64,000 nt of DNA from a bacterium (GTDB taxonomy: Bacteria > UBA8248), in the NCBI GenBank assembly GCA_965202625.1, contig CBDBBI010000010.1:192001-256000 (forward strand). The letters are read 5' to 3'. The notes beneath the pieces are model-generated. The model was not told the origin of the DNA and searched no databases. It was given only the letters and a program-made list of their open reading frames with translations. Shown here piece by piece: positions 53,362 to 62,869 of this stretch; the first letter of the stretch is position 1; every line of letters begins with the position of its first letter. The position numbers were made by a program, and so were the translations under genes.

Positions 53362-53400
53362 TGGTTGCGGGGGCAGGATGTGAACCTGTGCCTTCAGGTT
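53362..53400 (-). other. Degenerate 3' half of initiator tRNA-Met (att-site-like remnant)
   Basis: Plus strand TGGTTGCGGGGGCAGGATGTGAACCTGTGCCTTCAGGTT closely matches the reverse complement of a tRNA-fMet 3' end (TGGTTGCGGGGGCAGGATTTGAACCTGCGACCTTCAGGTT); CCA end, acceptor strand and T-arm present, anticodon and 5' half absent. Confidence 0.75.
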
Positions 53401-53434
53401 TGGGGATGGGGGTCTTGCGAGAAGACGCGGCCCC

Positions 53435-54190
53435 TCAAGCGCGGCAGATGGTGAGGAGGTGCACCGCGTTGGCCCCCGCTTTTTTGAGCTCCCGCGCACA
53501 CGCCGAGGCGGTCGAGCCGGTCGTGACCACGTCGTCGATCAAGATGCACGTGGCGGATGCGAGTTTTTCACGCACCCCTCCGGAGCGAACCCTGAATACC
53601 CCGCGCATGTTTCGCCGCCTCTCCCGCCCGGACAATCCCGTTTGCGAGCGGCCTGGCTTCGCGCGTTCCAGCAAGCGCGCGTGCGGCTTGCCCAGGTGCT
53701 CCGCCGTCTGGAGGGAGAGGAGCAGTGCCTGATCGAAGCCCCGGGTTCTCCAGCGCGCGCGGTCGATCGGCACGTGCGTGAGGATGACGTTCGGCGTTTC
53801 TTCACCGACGCCGAATTCGCTTGTCGCCAGATCGGCGAGATGGGGAGCGAGTGCGCGCGCCAGCTTCGTGACGCCCCCGAACTTGAGGAGATGCACCAAC
53901 TCTCGCAAAGAACCCTCAAAGGCGCCGATGGAGCGGACCTTGTCATAGTGAAGGTCGTCTTGTTGGCACGGGGCGCAGACGTGCGCGGGAAAATGGGACA
54001 GGGCGGCCTGGGAGTGAAAGGGTCTGCCGCATCTGGGGCACCAGGGCGGCTTGAAGCATTCGAAGGCGTCCGCGCAAGGGGTGCATATCGCATCGGTACC
54101 GCCGATTTCCATCAGATTCAGGCACAAGGGGCACTTTCTGGGGAGGAGAAAGTCCGTCGCCGCGCGAAGGAGAGAACGCAGGTGGCGCAT
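53435..54190 (-). CDS. comF: ComF family protein (double zinc ribbon + phosphoribosyltransferase)
   Basis: C..C / C..C / C..CG / C..C, HLLKF.G, VP......RGF.Q, Q..L...ER..N..G.F, LIDDVVTTG.T. Confidence 0.92.
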   Translation of the reverse strand: MRHLRSLLRAATDFLLPRKCPLCLNLMEIGGTDAICTPCADAFECFKPPWCPRCGRPFHSQAALSHFPAHVCAPCQQDDLHYDKVRSIGAFEGSLRELVHLLKFGGVTKLARALAPHLADLATSEFGVGEETPNVILTHVPIDRARWRTRGFDQALLLSLQTAEHLGKPHARLLERAKPGRSQTGLSGRERRRNMRGVFRVRSGGVREKLASATCILIDDVVTTGSTASACARELKKAGANAVHLLTICRA

Positions 54191-54258
54191 AGGCTTTTCG
54201 CTTCAGGTGAAAGGGGAGACACTCTTGTCCGAGCGCCGCGGGCGTTCTTTGCGGGACG

Positions 54259-55404
54259 TCAGGATTTTCTTCTCAACTGCACCCTTTTGCTGCCCGCCCC
54301 CTCGCTTCTCGCCTCGCCCCGGCGGCGGTGGCGAATGAGTTCTGCGACGATGGCGACCCCGATCTCCCCCGGCGTATCGGCGCCAATGTCCAGGCCGATG
54401 GGTGCGTGGACGCGCTTGATGAGTTCTCCCCGATCGTGGCCCTTCTCTTCGAGGTGGCGATAGGTGAGCAGTACCTTGCTCTTTGAACCTATCATTCCGA
54501 TGTAGCGCGCGTTCGTCTGCATCGCCCATTCGAGGACGACCTCGTCGTTCGCGTGTCCCCGGGTGATGATGGCCATGTAGTCTGCCTCGTCCACCGGAAT
54601 TTTCTCGAAAATTTCGGGAAAATCCCCCACGTAGAACGCCTCCGCCATCGGAAAGCGCTCCGCGTTGGCGAACGATGGTCTGTCCTCTACGACCGCGACC
54701 CTGAAGCCGGCGAGATAGGCCGCCTGCGCGACGCAGAAAGACACGTGCCCGCCGCCGAAGACGTAGACGAGCGGCTGGCCGGATATGGGTTCGACGAAAA
54801 TTTCTGTGGCTTCTCCGGGCGCGGACCTCTTTCGCCCCGCGCGCGCCGCCTCCGTGTGGAAATGCAGGAGAGAGGGGCTGCCCTGGCGAATGATTTGCGT
54901 GCTCTCCGCCCAAATCTCTGCCGAATAGTGGGGAATTTCGCCCACGGCGCTGCCGTCGCGCCTGAAAAGCATTTTTCTGGCCTCCGGCGTCGGAATGTCG
55001 AGCGCGCCCGGCTGGACGATGGTCGCCAACGCCGCGCTGCCGCCCTGGTTTCTGATGGCGTTGATCGCATCGAGCAGTTCCGGATGAAACACCCGAAACG
55101 GCTCCACCAGTATCTCCACGACGCCGCCGCAGATGTGTCCGCTGTCCTCCGCCTCCTGCTGGGTGAGGTCGAAGGCGCACTTCTCAGGCTCGCCCGTCTC
55201 CAGGACGCTCATGGCGCTTTCCCAGACCTCCGCCTCCAGGCAGCCGCCCCCGACGGTACCCTCCGTGCTGCCGTCCTCGCGCACGAGCATTTTCGCATCC
55301 CCGCTCATGGGCGCCGATCCCTTGCGGTTCACCACGGTGGCGAGCGCGCCGCTCTGGCCTTCTTCCTTCAGCCTGGCCATTTCCCTGAAAACGTCCTTGC
55401 CCAT
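54259..55404 (-). CDS. xdhC: XdhC/CoxI family molybdenum hydroxylase accessory protein
   Basis: ALATVV...GSAP....AKMLV..DG...GTVGGGCLE, CGG, FGGGHV, TRGH..D, YIGMIGS..K, APIGLDIGA.TP.EI..AI.AE. Confidence 0.93.
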   Translation of the reverse strand: MGKDVFREMARLKEEGQSGALATVVNRKGSAPMSGDAKMLVREDGSTEGTVGGGCLEAEVWESAMSVLETGEPEKCAFDLTQQEAEDSGHICGGVVEILVEPFRVFHPELLDAINAIRNQGGSAALATIVQPGALDIPTPEARKMLFRRDGSAVGEIPHYSAEIWAESTQIIRQGSPSLLHFHTEAARAGRKRSAPGEATEIFVEPISGQPLVYVFGGGHVSFCVAQAAYLAGFRVAVVEDRPSFANAERFPMAEAFYVGDFPEIFEKIPVDEADYMAIITRGHANDEVVLEWAMQTNARYIGMIGSKSKVLLTYRHLEEKGHDRGELIKRVHAPIGLDIGADTPGEIGVAIVAELIRHRRRGEARSEGAGSKRVQLRRKS

Positions 55405-55434
55405 TCCCCGCTCCCTTGAGGCGCACCGCCCGTC

Positions 55435-56262
55435 TCAGGCGTCTGGTGCGATTCGCAAAAAGACTTTGCACGCGTTCTGCAAGCAAGACGTGAGGAGAAT
55501 ACCGTCCGCCGGACCGTTCGATCCTCCGGCCATCTCCCAGATAATATATGCCATTTTTTCGAGTTTTTCCACCGAGGGCTCCAGGTCGGCCTTGTTGATG
55601 ACGATCCACTTCCGCACACCAGCCCCCGCCTTGTGAAACAGACCCGCAGGGCTCGCGCATAATTTTCCGATCGCTTGCGCCGTTATCTCCTCGCCGGCCT
55701 GCACGCCGCACACTTTCGAGAACCGCTTCGCGCGAAAGACGCGCGCCTCGCTCAAGGGGGCGCCCAACGCATCCAGCCCTACGACGCCCAGAACGGCGTC
55801 CAGGCTTTCCGGCAGCACGGGCTCGTCCGGCCCAGGCGCCTTGATGGGCAGCCTTCTCGCCCCGTCCGCCTCGACGAGGGTGAGGCCATCGCATAATTGC
55901 AGGCGGGCGATTTCCGCAGGGGCGAAGCCGACGAGCTTCATGCGCCGCTCGCCCTGCCGGCCCGGGAGCGGCGCCTTTCCCTCCCTGCGGCGAGCGAACC
56001 ACGAGATTCCGCAGACGCGCATGTAAGGGCGGAGGCGCTTCGAGAGGGTGTCGACGTGGCCCAGGGCGAGGGGCGTCTCCTCCTCCGGAAGCGGCGCGAA
56101 AACCTTGGTGGTCGTCGTAAGAAGCGCGGGTTTTCCGTATTGGGCGTGAAACTCTTTGGCGATGGCCGTCAGCAGACTCGTTTTTCCGCCCGCCCCGACC
56201 GCCGCCAGGCTTTGGCCCGGCCGGACGTCGAGTGCCTGAACCGCACCGCCTCGCGCTACCAA
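55435..56262 (-). CDS. yqeC: Selenium-dependent hydroxylase accessory protein YqeC
   Basis: VGAGGKTSL, TTTTK, LVEADGA.RLPIKAP...EPV.P, GVVG.DALG, INK.D. Confidence 0.9.
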   Translation of the reverse strand: MVARGGAVQALDVRPGQSLAAVGAGGKTSLLTAIAKEFHAQYGKPALLTTTTKVFAPLPEEETPLALGHVDTLSKRLRPYMRVCGISWFARRREGKAPLPGRQGERRMKLVGFAPAEIARLQLCDGLTLVEADGARRLPIKAPGPDEPVLPESLDAVLGVVGLDALGAPLSEARVFRAKRFSKVCGVQAGEEITAQAIGKLCASPAGLFHKAGAGVRKWIVINKADLEPSVEKLEKMAYIIWEMAGGSNGPADGILLTSCLQNACKVFLRIAPDA

Positions 56263-58025
56263 GGGCGCCTCTCCGCACCGCCGAGCAGCTCGTGCCTGAG
56301 AATGCGCACGAGCTCCGCGGAAAGCTGGGAGAGATCCTCCACCACGATGTGGTTGGGGTAGATTTGCTCGACGAATGGGTCGACCACGCCAACGCCGATG
56401 ACGCGGACGCCCAGCTTGTGCATCCGGTTCACCGCGCCCACGAGGTGGGTCGCGTCCCCGTTGGGCTGGCCGTCCGAGGTGATGATGATGATTTTTTCCT
56501 CCTCGGGCCGCTGGATGAGCCTTCGGTAGGCGAACAGGAGATGTTCCTCGTCCCAGTTGTTGAAGCGCGGATAAATGTTGACGAGGCGATTTTTGACCTG
56601 CGAGAAAGCGTCATCGAATCCCTTGTAGATGCGGTGCTGCAGGGGGGAGTGTCGAATGTGCCGGAACTTGAACGCGGGGATGTGGCCCAGGGCGGCCGCC
56701 ATCGCGGCTTCTGAACTCTCGGTGGAATAGCCGATCACCTCAAAGGGCACGTCCAGGCGATTCAGAACTTCCGCGAAAAATATGGTCGCCTCTCTCGCTG
56801 CGACGTATTTTGATTCGCGATTCATGCTGCCGCTCTCATCCACGAGCAGCGTGAAGCAGACGTCGAGCTTCTCCGGTTCTTCCTTTCGGTGAAAAAGATG
56901 AAACTTCCCCAAGCGCTGCTTCCAGAGTTTCGGGACGTTCAGCTTGCCGGAGCGATGGGCGCCGCTGAAGCGGGTATAGGTTCTCTCGTGAATGATCTGG
57001 GTGAGCTTCCATACCAGCACCTTGATGTGGCTGCCCGCGTTGTCCATGATCGCCGCGTATTCCTCGGCCTTGCCCTCGGGCGGCAATATGATGGTGCGCT
57101 CATCGGGATGCCGCGCCGTCGGATGCACCTCCTTCCCGTGTCCCTCGCGCTCGAACCACGGAGCGGCCCAGCGCCCCATGGCGGCGAGCTCCTCCGGCGT
57201 CAGCTCGACCTGTTCGCCTTCCTCCCCGTCGATTTCCTCGAGCGCCTCCGCGTGAAGCGCCTCGAGCGTCTCGTCCTCTTCTCCCTCCATGCTTTGGCTC
57301 TCGATTTTCTCGAGAATCTCGTCGGGAATCTCGGAGAGTTGTTCATAATTGCTCATCTCGCTTCGCTGCGCTTCGGTGAAATATCGTTGAATGGCGTCAT
57401 AGACCTCATGCGCGCAGTCGAAGGCGGCCTTCGGGCTGCGGCCGGCACACCCCCGAACCACCAGGGGGGCGATTCGTTGAAGGATTTGCGCGACGACGGG
57501 GTCGAGCCAGGCGGAGGGCAAGTCTCCGGGCCTTGAGGAGGCGACGCCGGGCGTTTGTCCGACGCCGGCGAGATAGATTCCCCACTGAATCTGTAGAAAC
57601 AGGGGGAGCTCTCCGCGCGCGTGGGTGCCCTCGGCGGACTCAATCGCCGGACGAACGAAGGCGCGAAAGTTTTTCTTCGTGCCGGGCAGCGATTCGGCGA
57701 GGCGGTTTTCGCACCTCGCGTCCTCTATCACGCGCCAGAGGAGAAAAAGCCCCGGTCTTTCACGGTTGGCGCGCGCGGCGCGTCCCGCCCAGCAAAGCGT
57801 ACCCTGGAGTCTGTGGGCCGCCTCGATGAGCGTCATGCCCTTTTGGTATCTCAGGACGCACTCGTCTTCTAACTCGCCGCCCAGGCGCGCCAGGGTTTGT
57901 TCCGGGTCTTCGAGGTGGATGGCGTCGTTCCCGGCCTTCGTCTGGGAGCCGAAGAGCAGGGCGAGGTCGTAATCGTGCGTCGTGACCTGCGCAAGTGCCT
58001 CCAGACGGGCGCGTCGGTGCTCCAT
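56256..58025 (-). CDS. vWA-domain protein (NorD/CbbO/CobT-like MoxR partner)
   Basis: IEDAR.E N-terminal motif, acidic linker, SGKL, MIDAS LLVDESGSM, V.GYST, ITSDGQP. Confidence 0.85.
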   Translation of the reverse strand: MEHRRARLEALAQVTTHDYDLALLFGSQTKAGNDAIHLEDPEQTLARLGGELEDECVLRYQKGMTLIEAAHRLQGTLCWAGRAARANRERPGLFLLWRVIEDARCENRLAESLPGTKKNFRAFVRPAIESAEGTHARGELPLFLQIQWGIYLAGVGQTPGVASSRPGDLPSAWLDPVVAQILQRIAPLVVRGCAGRSPKAAFDCAHEVYDAIQRYFTEAQRSEMSNYEQLSEIPDEILEKIESQSMEGEEDETLEALHAEALEEIDGEEGEQVELTPEELAAMGRWAAPWFEREGHGKEVHPTARHPDERTIILPPEGKAEEYAAIMDNAGSHIKVLVWKLTQIIHERTYTRFSGAHRSGKLNVPKLWKQRLGKFHLFHRKEEPEKLDVCFTLLVDESGSMNRESKYVAAREATIFFAEVLNRLDVPFEVIGYSTESSEAAMAAALGHIPAFKFRHIRHSPLQHRIYKGFDDAFSQVKNRLVNIYPRFNNWDEEHLLFAYRRLIQRPEEEKIIIITSDGQPNGDATHLVGAVNRMHKLGVRVIGVGVVDPFVEQIYPNHIVVEDLSQLSAELVRILRHELLGGAERRPW

Positions 58026-58039
58026 GCCCCATCCTCCGG

Positions 58040-58924
58040 CTAGAAGTGGTTGTCTACGATGTCCTCAAGCACTTTGGCGTCGAAAGAGTTCACCTTGCTG
58101 AAGATGGTGGAGACGGCGGCCTCCATGGGGCTGAACCGCGCCGCCATTCGCGCCCAGTCTATCAGGCGGCGGGTGCTGAACGTGCAAAATACCTTTTCGT
58201 TTCTCATGGCCTCGCGCACGTCGTGGCCCACGCGCACCATGCGCTGGACGAGCTCCTCGTCGTGATTTCCGCTTTGCCGCATGATGACCTCGACTTCGGC
58301 CTCAAAGGGCAGGTAGTCCATTCGCACGCTGACCGGAAAGCGATCCAGAAGCGCCTCGTTCAGTGGCTTCGTGCCGCCGTATCTGCGGTCCTCGTGCGGG
58401 TTCATGCTGGCGAAGAGCCTGAAGCCCGGATGCGGCCTGACGATGCGGCCGTCATACTCCGACAGGACGATCATGCGATCGTCGTCAAGAAGGCTGTGCA
58501 GACAAAAGGCGATTTCGGGCAGACATGCGTTGATCTCGTCGATGAGCAGCCAGTCGCCCGATTCCATCGCGTCCACGAGAATGCCGTTCACCCAGTAGGT
58601 GCCCTGTTCGTTGATCATGAGCTTGCCGACGAACTCATCGACCGTGGTCATGCCGTTGAGGTTCACGCGCCTGAAGCCGTTGTTCGTCATGTGCGCGAGG
58701 TGCCGCACCGAGAGCGTTTTGCCGACTCCGGTCTCTCCCACGAGGAGGACGGGCAGGTTCTGGCTCACCGCCCACGCGATGCGCTCCAGCCCATCGCCGC
58801 CGGCCAGATAAAACTGCCCTGGCGGGACGAAGGAATTCCCGTTCGATTCATTGACGGGGATGACGCTGCGCCCGATGCGGTAGGCGCCGTTCTCCACCGT
58901 TTCGGTCAAAATTTCGGGGCTCAA
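58040..58924 (-). CDS. MoxR-type AAA+ ATPase (CbbQ/NirQ/NorQ-like)
   Basis: Walker A GETGVGKT, Walker B LLIDEIN, LLDD.R, H..FRL.ASMNP, Y.GTK.LN.A..DRF, STRRL. Confidence 0.9.
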   Translation of the reverse strand: MSPEILTETVENGAYRIGRSVIPVNESNGNSFVPPGQFYLAGGDGLERIAWAVSQNLPVLLVGETGVGKTLSVRHLAHMTNNGFRRVNLNGMTTVDEFVGKLMINEQGTYWVNGILVDAMESGDWLLIDEINACLPEIAFCLHSLLDDDRMIVLSEYDGRIVRPHPGFRLFASMNPHEDRRYGGTKPLNEALLDRFPVSVRMDYLPFEAEVEVIMRQSGNHDEELVQRMVRVGHDVREAMRNEKVFCTFSTRRLIDWARMAARFSPMEAAVSTIFSKVNSFDAKVLEDIVDNHF

Positions 58925-59778
58925 TTCGCATACTCCAAGGCTGAATGCGCACCGAACAGGAACGCCATGACCGCCTCAAGCGCGCCGCCGCCGACCGCGC
59001 GCGATTTGTCGGATATCGTCGTGCAGTGGGAAGGATCGGCCCTCGGGTCCACGTCGCCCACCTTGAAGCCGGCGCACACCTCGATGCCGTCTCTGATGAT
59101 GCCGCGCAAAACGCCGTCAACGCGCGCGGTCACCTCCGCCCCATCCACCCGCGCAACGACCTGGCCCGCCCGCACCACGTCTCCCATTTTGGCGATGGAC
59201 GTGAACGCGCCGGCCTGGGGGGCGCGCAGCAGGCGCTCGGTGGTGTAGCCCGCGATGGCGCCCGGCACGCCCGTGTCGGGTTTCGCCGCCCCGTCAAGGA
59301 TCACCCGGCCCAGGTCGTGCCCCCGGGCCGTCTCGATGACGGCGTGGCAATCCACGCCCGCGGTGAAACCGGGCCCCAGCCCGACGACGACGTCGGCGTC
59401 GGCCATGCGCGTGCCGAGGTTTCGCTTCGCCAGAATCGCGTCGATCAGGACGACGGGCCGGAGGCGGGGGATCGACTCGGCGCGCGGGTCCGCCATCACC
59501 GGAATGGAGCCCGCCTCAAGCGACGCGCGCGCGTTCGCTATTTTCTCCTCAATGGTCTCTCCGTCCGCTCTGGCGGACCGCACGCCCTCCACCTCCCATG
59601 CGCCGACGTAGAGGCACTCGGCGAAGGAGACGGCGCGCCTCACCATGGTGGGGTTCTCGATTTCCGTTATCATGACCGGAAAGCCCGAGCGGTGCAGACG
59701 GTGGGCCACGCCGGTGGCGAGATCGCCGCCGCCCTTGACGATCACGAGCGTCTCGCAAATCGGCCTTTGCCCTCTCAT
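58921..59778 (-). CDS. yqeB: Selenium-dependent molybdenum hydroxylase system protein YqeB
   Basis: VKGGGDLATGVA.RL, P..VRR.VSF.E, DAILAKRNLGT, GLGPGF.AG.DC.AVIET.RGH.LGR, G.K.GD.DPR, SDKSRAVGGG.LEA. Confidence 0.94.
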   Translation of the reverse strand: MRGQRPICETLVIVKGGGDLATGVAHRLHRSGFPVMITEIENPTMVRRAVSFAECLYVGAWEVEGVRSARADGETIEEKIANARASLEAGSIPVMADPRAESIPRLRPVVLIDAILAKRNLGTRMADADVVVGLGPGFTAGVDCHAVIETARGHDLGRVILDGAAKPDTGVPGAIAGYTTERLLRAPQAGAFTSIAKMGDVVRAGQVVARVDGAEVTARVDGVLRGIIRDGIEVCAGFKVGDVDPRADPSHCTTISDKSRAVGGGALEAVMAFLFGAHSALEYAN

Positions 59779-60176
59779 GGCGTCTCGTCTTCCACGAAGG
59801 CGACGGCGTCGATCTCGATGAGCCATTCGGGTTTCGCCAGCCCGCTCACGATCAAAAGCGTGCTCGCCGGATAGGGCGCGCTGAAATAATTTTGCCGCAC
59901 TTCCGTGCTTCCCGGAAAATTCGCCCGATCCGTGAGGTAGACGGTGAGGCGGATGACGTCCTCCATTCCGGCGCCCGCCGCCTCGAGTGCCGCCTTGATG
60001 TTCTCATATACCTGCCGGGCCTGTGCCTTGACGTCATCCCCCCCGACGGTGCGGCCCTCCACGTCGGTCGCCACCTGGCCCGCCAGCAGGATGAGATGCC
60101 CGTTCGATACCTTCCAGCCCGTGGAATACGCGGCTACGGGCCTGACCTTCTCCGTGTCAATCTGTCGTTTTCCCAT
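59775..60176 (-). CDS. RidA/YjgF family protein
   Basis: YS, AGQV, Q......NI.A.L.AAG....DV....VYL, YPAST...V.GL......IEI.A.A. Confidence 0.9.
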   Translation of the reverse strand: MGKRQIDTEKVRPVAAYSTGWKVSNGHLILLAGQVATDVEGRTVGGDDVKAQARQVYENIKAALEAAGAGMEDVIRLTVYLTDRANFPGSTEVRQNYFSAPYPASTLLIVSGLAKPEWLIEIDAVAFVEDETP

Positions 60177-60336
60177 GGAGTTTCCCTCCGACGCCTCATC
60201 GAAAAGAATCGTCCCTTCCCTGAAAACGAGAATCTAGCACGGGGGCGAAACTCCAGGCAACGCGAACGAACGATGTGGGGTTCCGTATTTCCATCATCTG
60301 GCGCATGGGAAGGATCGCGAGGTTGGGGAATCACAA

Positions 60337-61503
60337 TCACCCATCCAGCAAATTCCGGGCGATGACCATGCGTTGAATCTGGTTGGTTCCCTCGATGATT
60401 TGCAGTTGCTTGGCGTCGCGCATGAAACGCTCCAGCGGGTAGTCCTTCATATAGCCCGCCTCGCCGAGCACCTGAATCCCGTTCACGGCGGCTCGCATGG
60501 CGACGTCGGTGGCGTAGCATTTCGCGGCGCACATGAAGTGCGCTCTCTCTTTTTGGTAAGCGCCGTTATCCACCATGGCGGCGGCGCGGTAAACGAGCAG
60601 ACGCGCCGCTTCGATTTCCATGAACGCATCGGCGAGAATGAACTGGACGGCCTGGAGTCGGCTGATCGGCTCTCCGAAAGCCTCGCGCTCTTTCGCATAT
60701 TGGGACGCGCAGTCCAGACACCCTTGCGCCAGGCCCACGGCCCTGGCACCGATGGCGGGCCGGGCCTGGTTGAAGCCGAGCATGGCGGTCTTGAACCCCT
60801 CCGCGCGTTCGCCAATCATGTTTTCCAGAGGCACGCGGGCGTTCTCCAGAAATATCTCGCAGGTGGGAATTCCCCGCATCCCCATCTTTCTCTCCCGTCG
60901 GCCCACCCGAAACTCCCCCTTGGGGACGATAAAGAGAGAGATGCCCCTCGCCCCCTTATCAGGTTCGGTCTTCGCCGCCACGACGATGAAATCGGCGACG
61001 CTCGCACCGGTGCAGTAGCACTTCTGGCCGTTGATGCGCCACGAATCTCCATCCCGCGTCGCCCTCGTCAATATGCGCGCGGCGTCGGAACCCGCATGCG
61101 GCTCGGTGAGGGAGAAGGCGGGCCGCATCTCGCCGCGCGCGACGCCGGCCAGATAGCGGTTTTTCTGCGCCTCGGTTCCGCCGATGGCGATGGGGCGCGT
61201 GGCGAGCAGGTGGACGGAGAGGAAGAGGGGGGAGTTCGAGCAGAAGCGCGCCATCTCCTCAATGGCGACGCACGTCTCCAGAATTCCGAGGCCTGCCCCG
61301 CCATACGCCTCGGGAACGTAGAGGCCGAGCAGTGCGCGGGATTTCAGAATCTGAAAAATATCTTCGGGATATTCGTCGTTCTCGTCAATTTCACCCGCGC
61401 GGGGGGCGATGTGGCGGCGGCTGAGTTCGCGCACCGACTCCCCCAGCTTCCGCTGGGCTTCGGTGAGAGCGAACGCGCCCGCGGAATCCGTTTCTTCCCC
61501 CAC
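60337..61503 (-). CDS. Acyl-CoA dehydrogenase
   Basis: FSLTEPHAGSD, INGQK, KMGMRG, R.AFG..I...Q.VQF, Q.LG..GY.....ER..RDAK..QI.EGT.QIQR. Confidence 0.94.
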   Translation of the reverse strand: MGEETDSAGAFALTEAQRKLGESVRELSRRHIAPRAGEIDENDEYPEDIFQILKSRALLGLYVPEAYGGAGLGILETCVAIEEMARFCSNSPLFLSVHLLATRPIAIGGTEAQKNRYLAGVARGEMRPAFSLTEPHAGSDAARILTRATRDGDSWRINGQKCYCTGASVADFIVVAAKTEPDKGARGISLFIVPKGEFRVGRRERKMGMRGIPTCEIFLENARVPLENMIGERAEGFKTAMLGFNQARPAIGARAVGLAQGCLDCASQYAKEREAFGEPISRLQAVQFILADAFMEIEAARLLVYRAAAMVDNGAYQKERAHFMCAAKCYATDVAMRAAVNGIQVLGEAGYMKDYPLERFMRDAKQLQIIEGTNQIQRMVIARNLLDG

Positions 61504-61518
61504 CGCCGGACCCGCTCC

Positions 61519-62691
61519 CTAGAGGTCGAGCAGGTTGCGAGCGATGATCATCCGTTGAATCTGGCTCGTCCCCTCGACGATCTGGATTTGCTTGGCGTCG
61601 CGCATGAAACGCTCCAGCGGGTGGTCCTTCATATAGCCCGCTCCGCCCAGGACCTGAATGCTGTCTATCGCGCACTTCATCGCCATGTCGGCCGCATAGG
61701 TTTTCGCCGTTGAGAAATATCGGGCGTTTTCCTTGCCGATTTGTCCCGCGTCCACGAGAGAGGCCGCGCGATAGACGAGCAGCCGCGAGGCCTCGATGTC
61801 CATGAACATGTCGGCGAGCATGAACTGAACGGCCTGGTGCCGGGCGATCGGTTTTCCGAAGGCTTCACGCTCTTTGGCGTAGTTGGCAGCGTAGTCGAGG
61901 CACCCCTGGGCGAGGCCCACCGCGCGCGCACCGATGGCGGGCCGCATCTGGTTGAACCCGAGCATCGCGGACTTGAACCCCTGGTTCAGCGCGCCGATTT
62001 GATTCTCCAGCGGGACGGCCACGTTGTCGAAGCGGATCATGCAGGTCGAGACGCCCCGCATCCCCATCTTGCGCTCGTGCTTGTCGATGCTGAAGCCCGG
62101 CGCGTCCGTGGGGACGACGTAGTAGGTGATGCCCCGCGTGCCCGCGTTGGGGTCGGTCTTGGCGGCGACGGTGATGAAGTCCGCTTTGTCGGGCCCCGTG
62201 CAGTAGCATTTCACGCCGTTGATGACCCATTCGCCGCCCTCCTTGACGGCGCGCGTGCGGATGTTTCCGGCGTCGGAGCCCGCGTGGGGTTCCGTAAGAG
62301 CGTAGGCACCGCGCAGCTCTCCTTTCGCGAGGCCCGACATGTAATGGTTTTTCTGCTCCTGCGTGCCGCTCAGGTCGATGACGCGGCTCGACAGCATGTT
62401 GAGCACGATGAAAAGGGGAGAGTTCGAGCAGAAGCGCGCGATTTCCTCAATCGCGACGCAACCGCCTAAAAAGCCCATTCCGCCGCCGCCGTATTCCTCG
62501 GGAAAGAATATGCCGAGGAGACCGTGGTCCTTTTGCATCTGGTAGATGTCTTCGGGGTATTCTTCGCTCTCGTCAATTTCGGCGGCGCGCGGGGCGACGT
62601 GACGCTCGGCGAGTTCGCGGACCGTCCGGCGGAGCATCTTTTGCGTATCGTCCAGGTCGAATGGAAGCGTGGATTCCGTTTGCAGGCTCAT
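61519..62691 (-). CDS. Acyl-CoA dehydrogenase
   Basis: YALTEPHAGSD, INGVK, KMGMRG, REAFGK, GGAGY, IVEGTSQIQR. Confidence 0.94.
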   Translation of the reverse strand: MSLQTESTLPFDLDDTQKMLRRTVRELAERHVAPRAAEIDESEEYPEDIYQMQKDHGLLGIFFPEEYGGGGMGFLGGCVAIEEIARFCSNSPLFIVLNMLSSRVIDLSGTQEQKNHYMSGLAKGELRGAYALTEPHAGSDAGNIRTRAVKEGGEWVINGVKCYCTGPDKADFITVAAKTDPNAGTRGITYYVVPTDAPGFSIDKHERKMGMRGVSTCMIRFDNVAVPLENQIGALNQGFKSAMLGFNQMRPAIGARAVGLAQGCLDYAANYAKEREAFGKPIARHQAVQFMLADMFMDIEASRLLVYRAASLVDAGQIGKENARYFSTAKTYAADMAMKCAIDSIQVLGGAGYMKDHPLERFMRDAKQIQIVEGTSQIQRMIIARNLLDL

Positions 62692-62869
62692 CTCGCGGCT
62701 CCAGAGGTTTCGTTCACATTTGGAGTGCATTCTCGTTGCTTTTCCATCCATCATCTATTTCGCGGCGATTGCGTGTCAACGCCCCCGGATGAATAATGTC
62801 CTCCCCCCTCGGCTGTCGGTCCAAGCGAGCGGGCGCTTTCCGGCCCCGCTCCTGGAGGAATTATCGAGA

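Noticed and set aside
53362-53400. Functional tRNA gene
   Set aside because: Only the 3' half is present, with a mutated T-loop region and no anticodon or D arm; reported as a remnant instead.
56256-58924. Cobaltochelatase CobS/CobT
   Set aside because: No cobN or other cobalamin genes nearby; the ATPase Walker A and C-terminus look more CbbQ/NorQ-like, and the context is yqeB/yqeC/xdhC.
54259-60176. Selenocysteine (UGA read-through) in the selenium-related operon
   Set aside because: All ORFs are full length without in-frame TGA interruptions; YqeB/YqeC relate to the non-Sec selenium cofactor.
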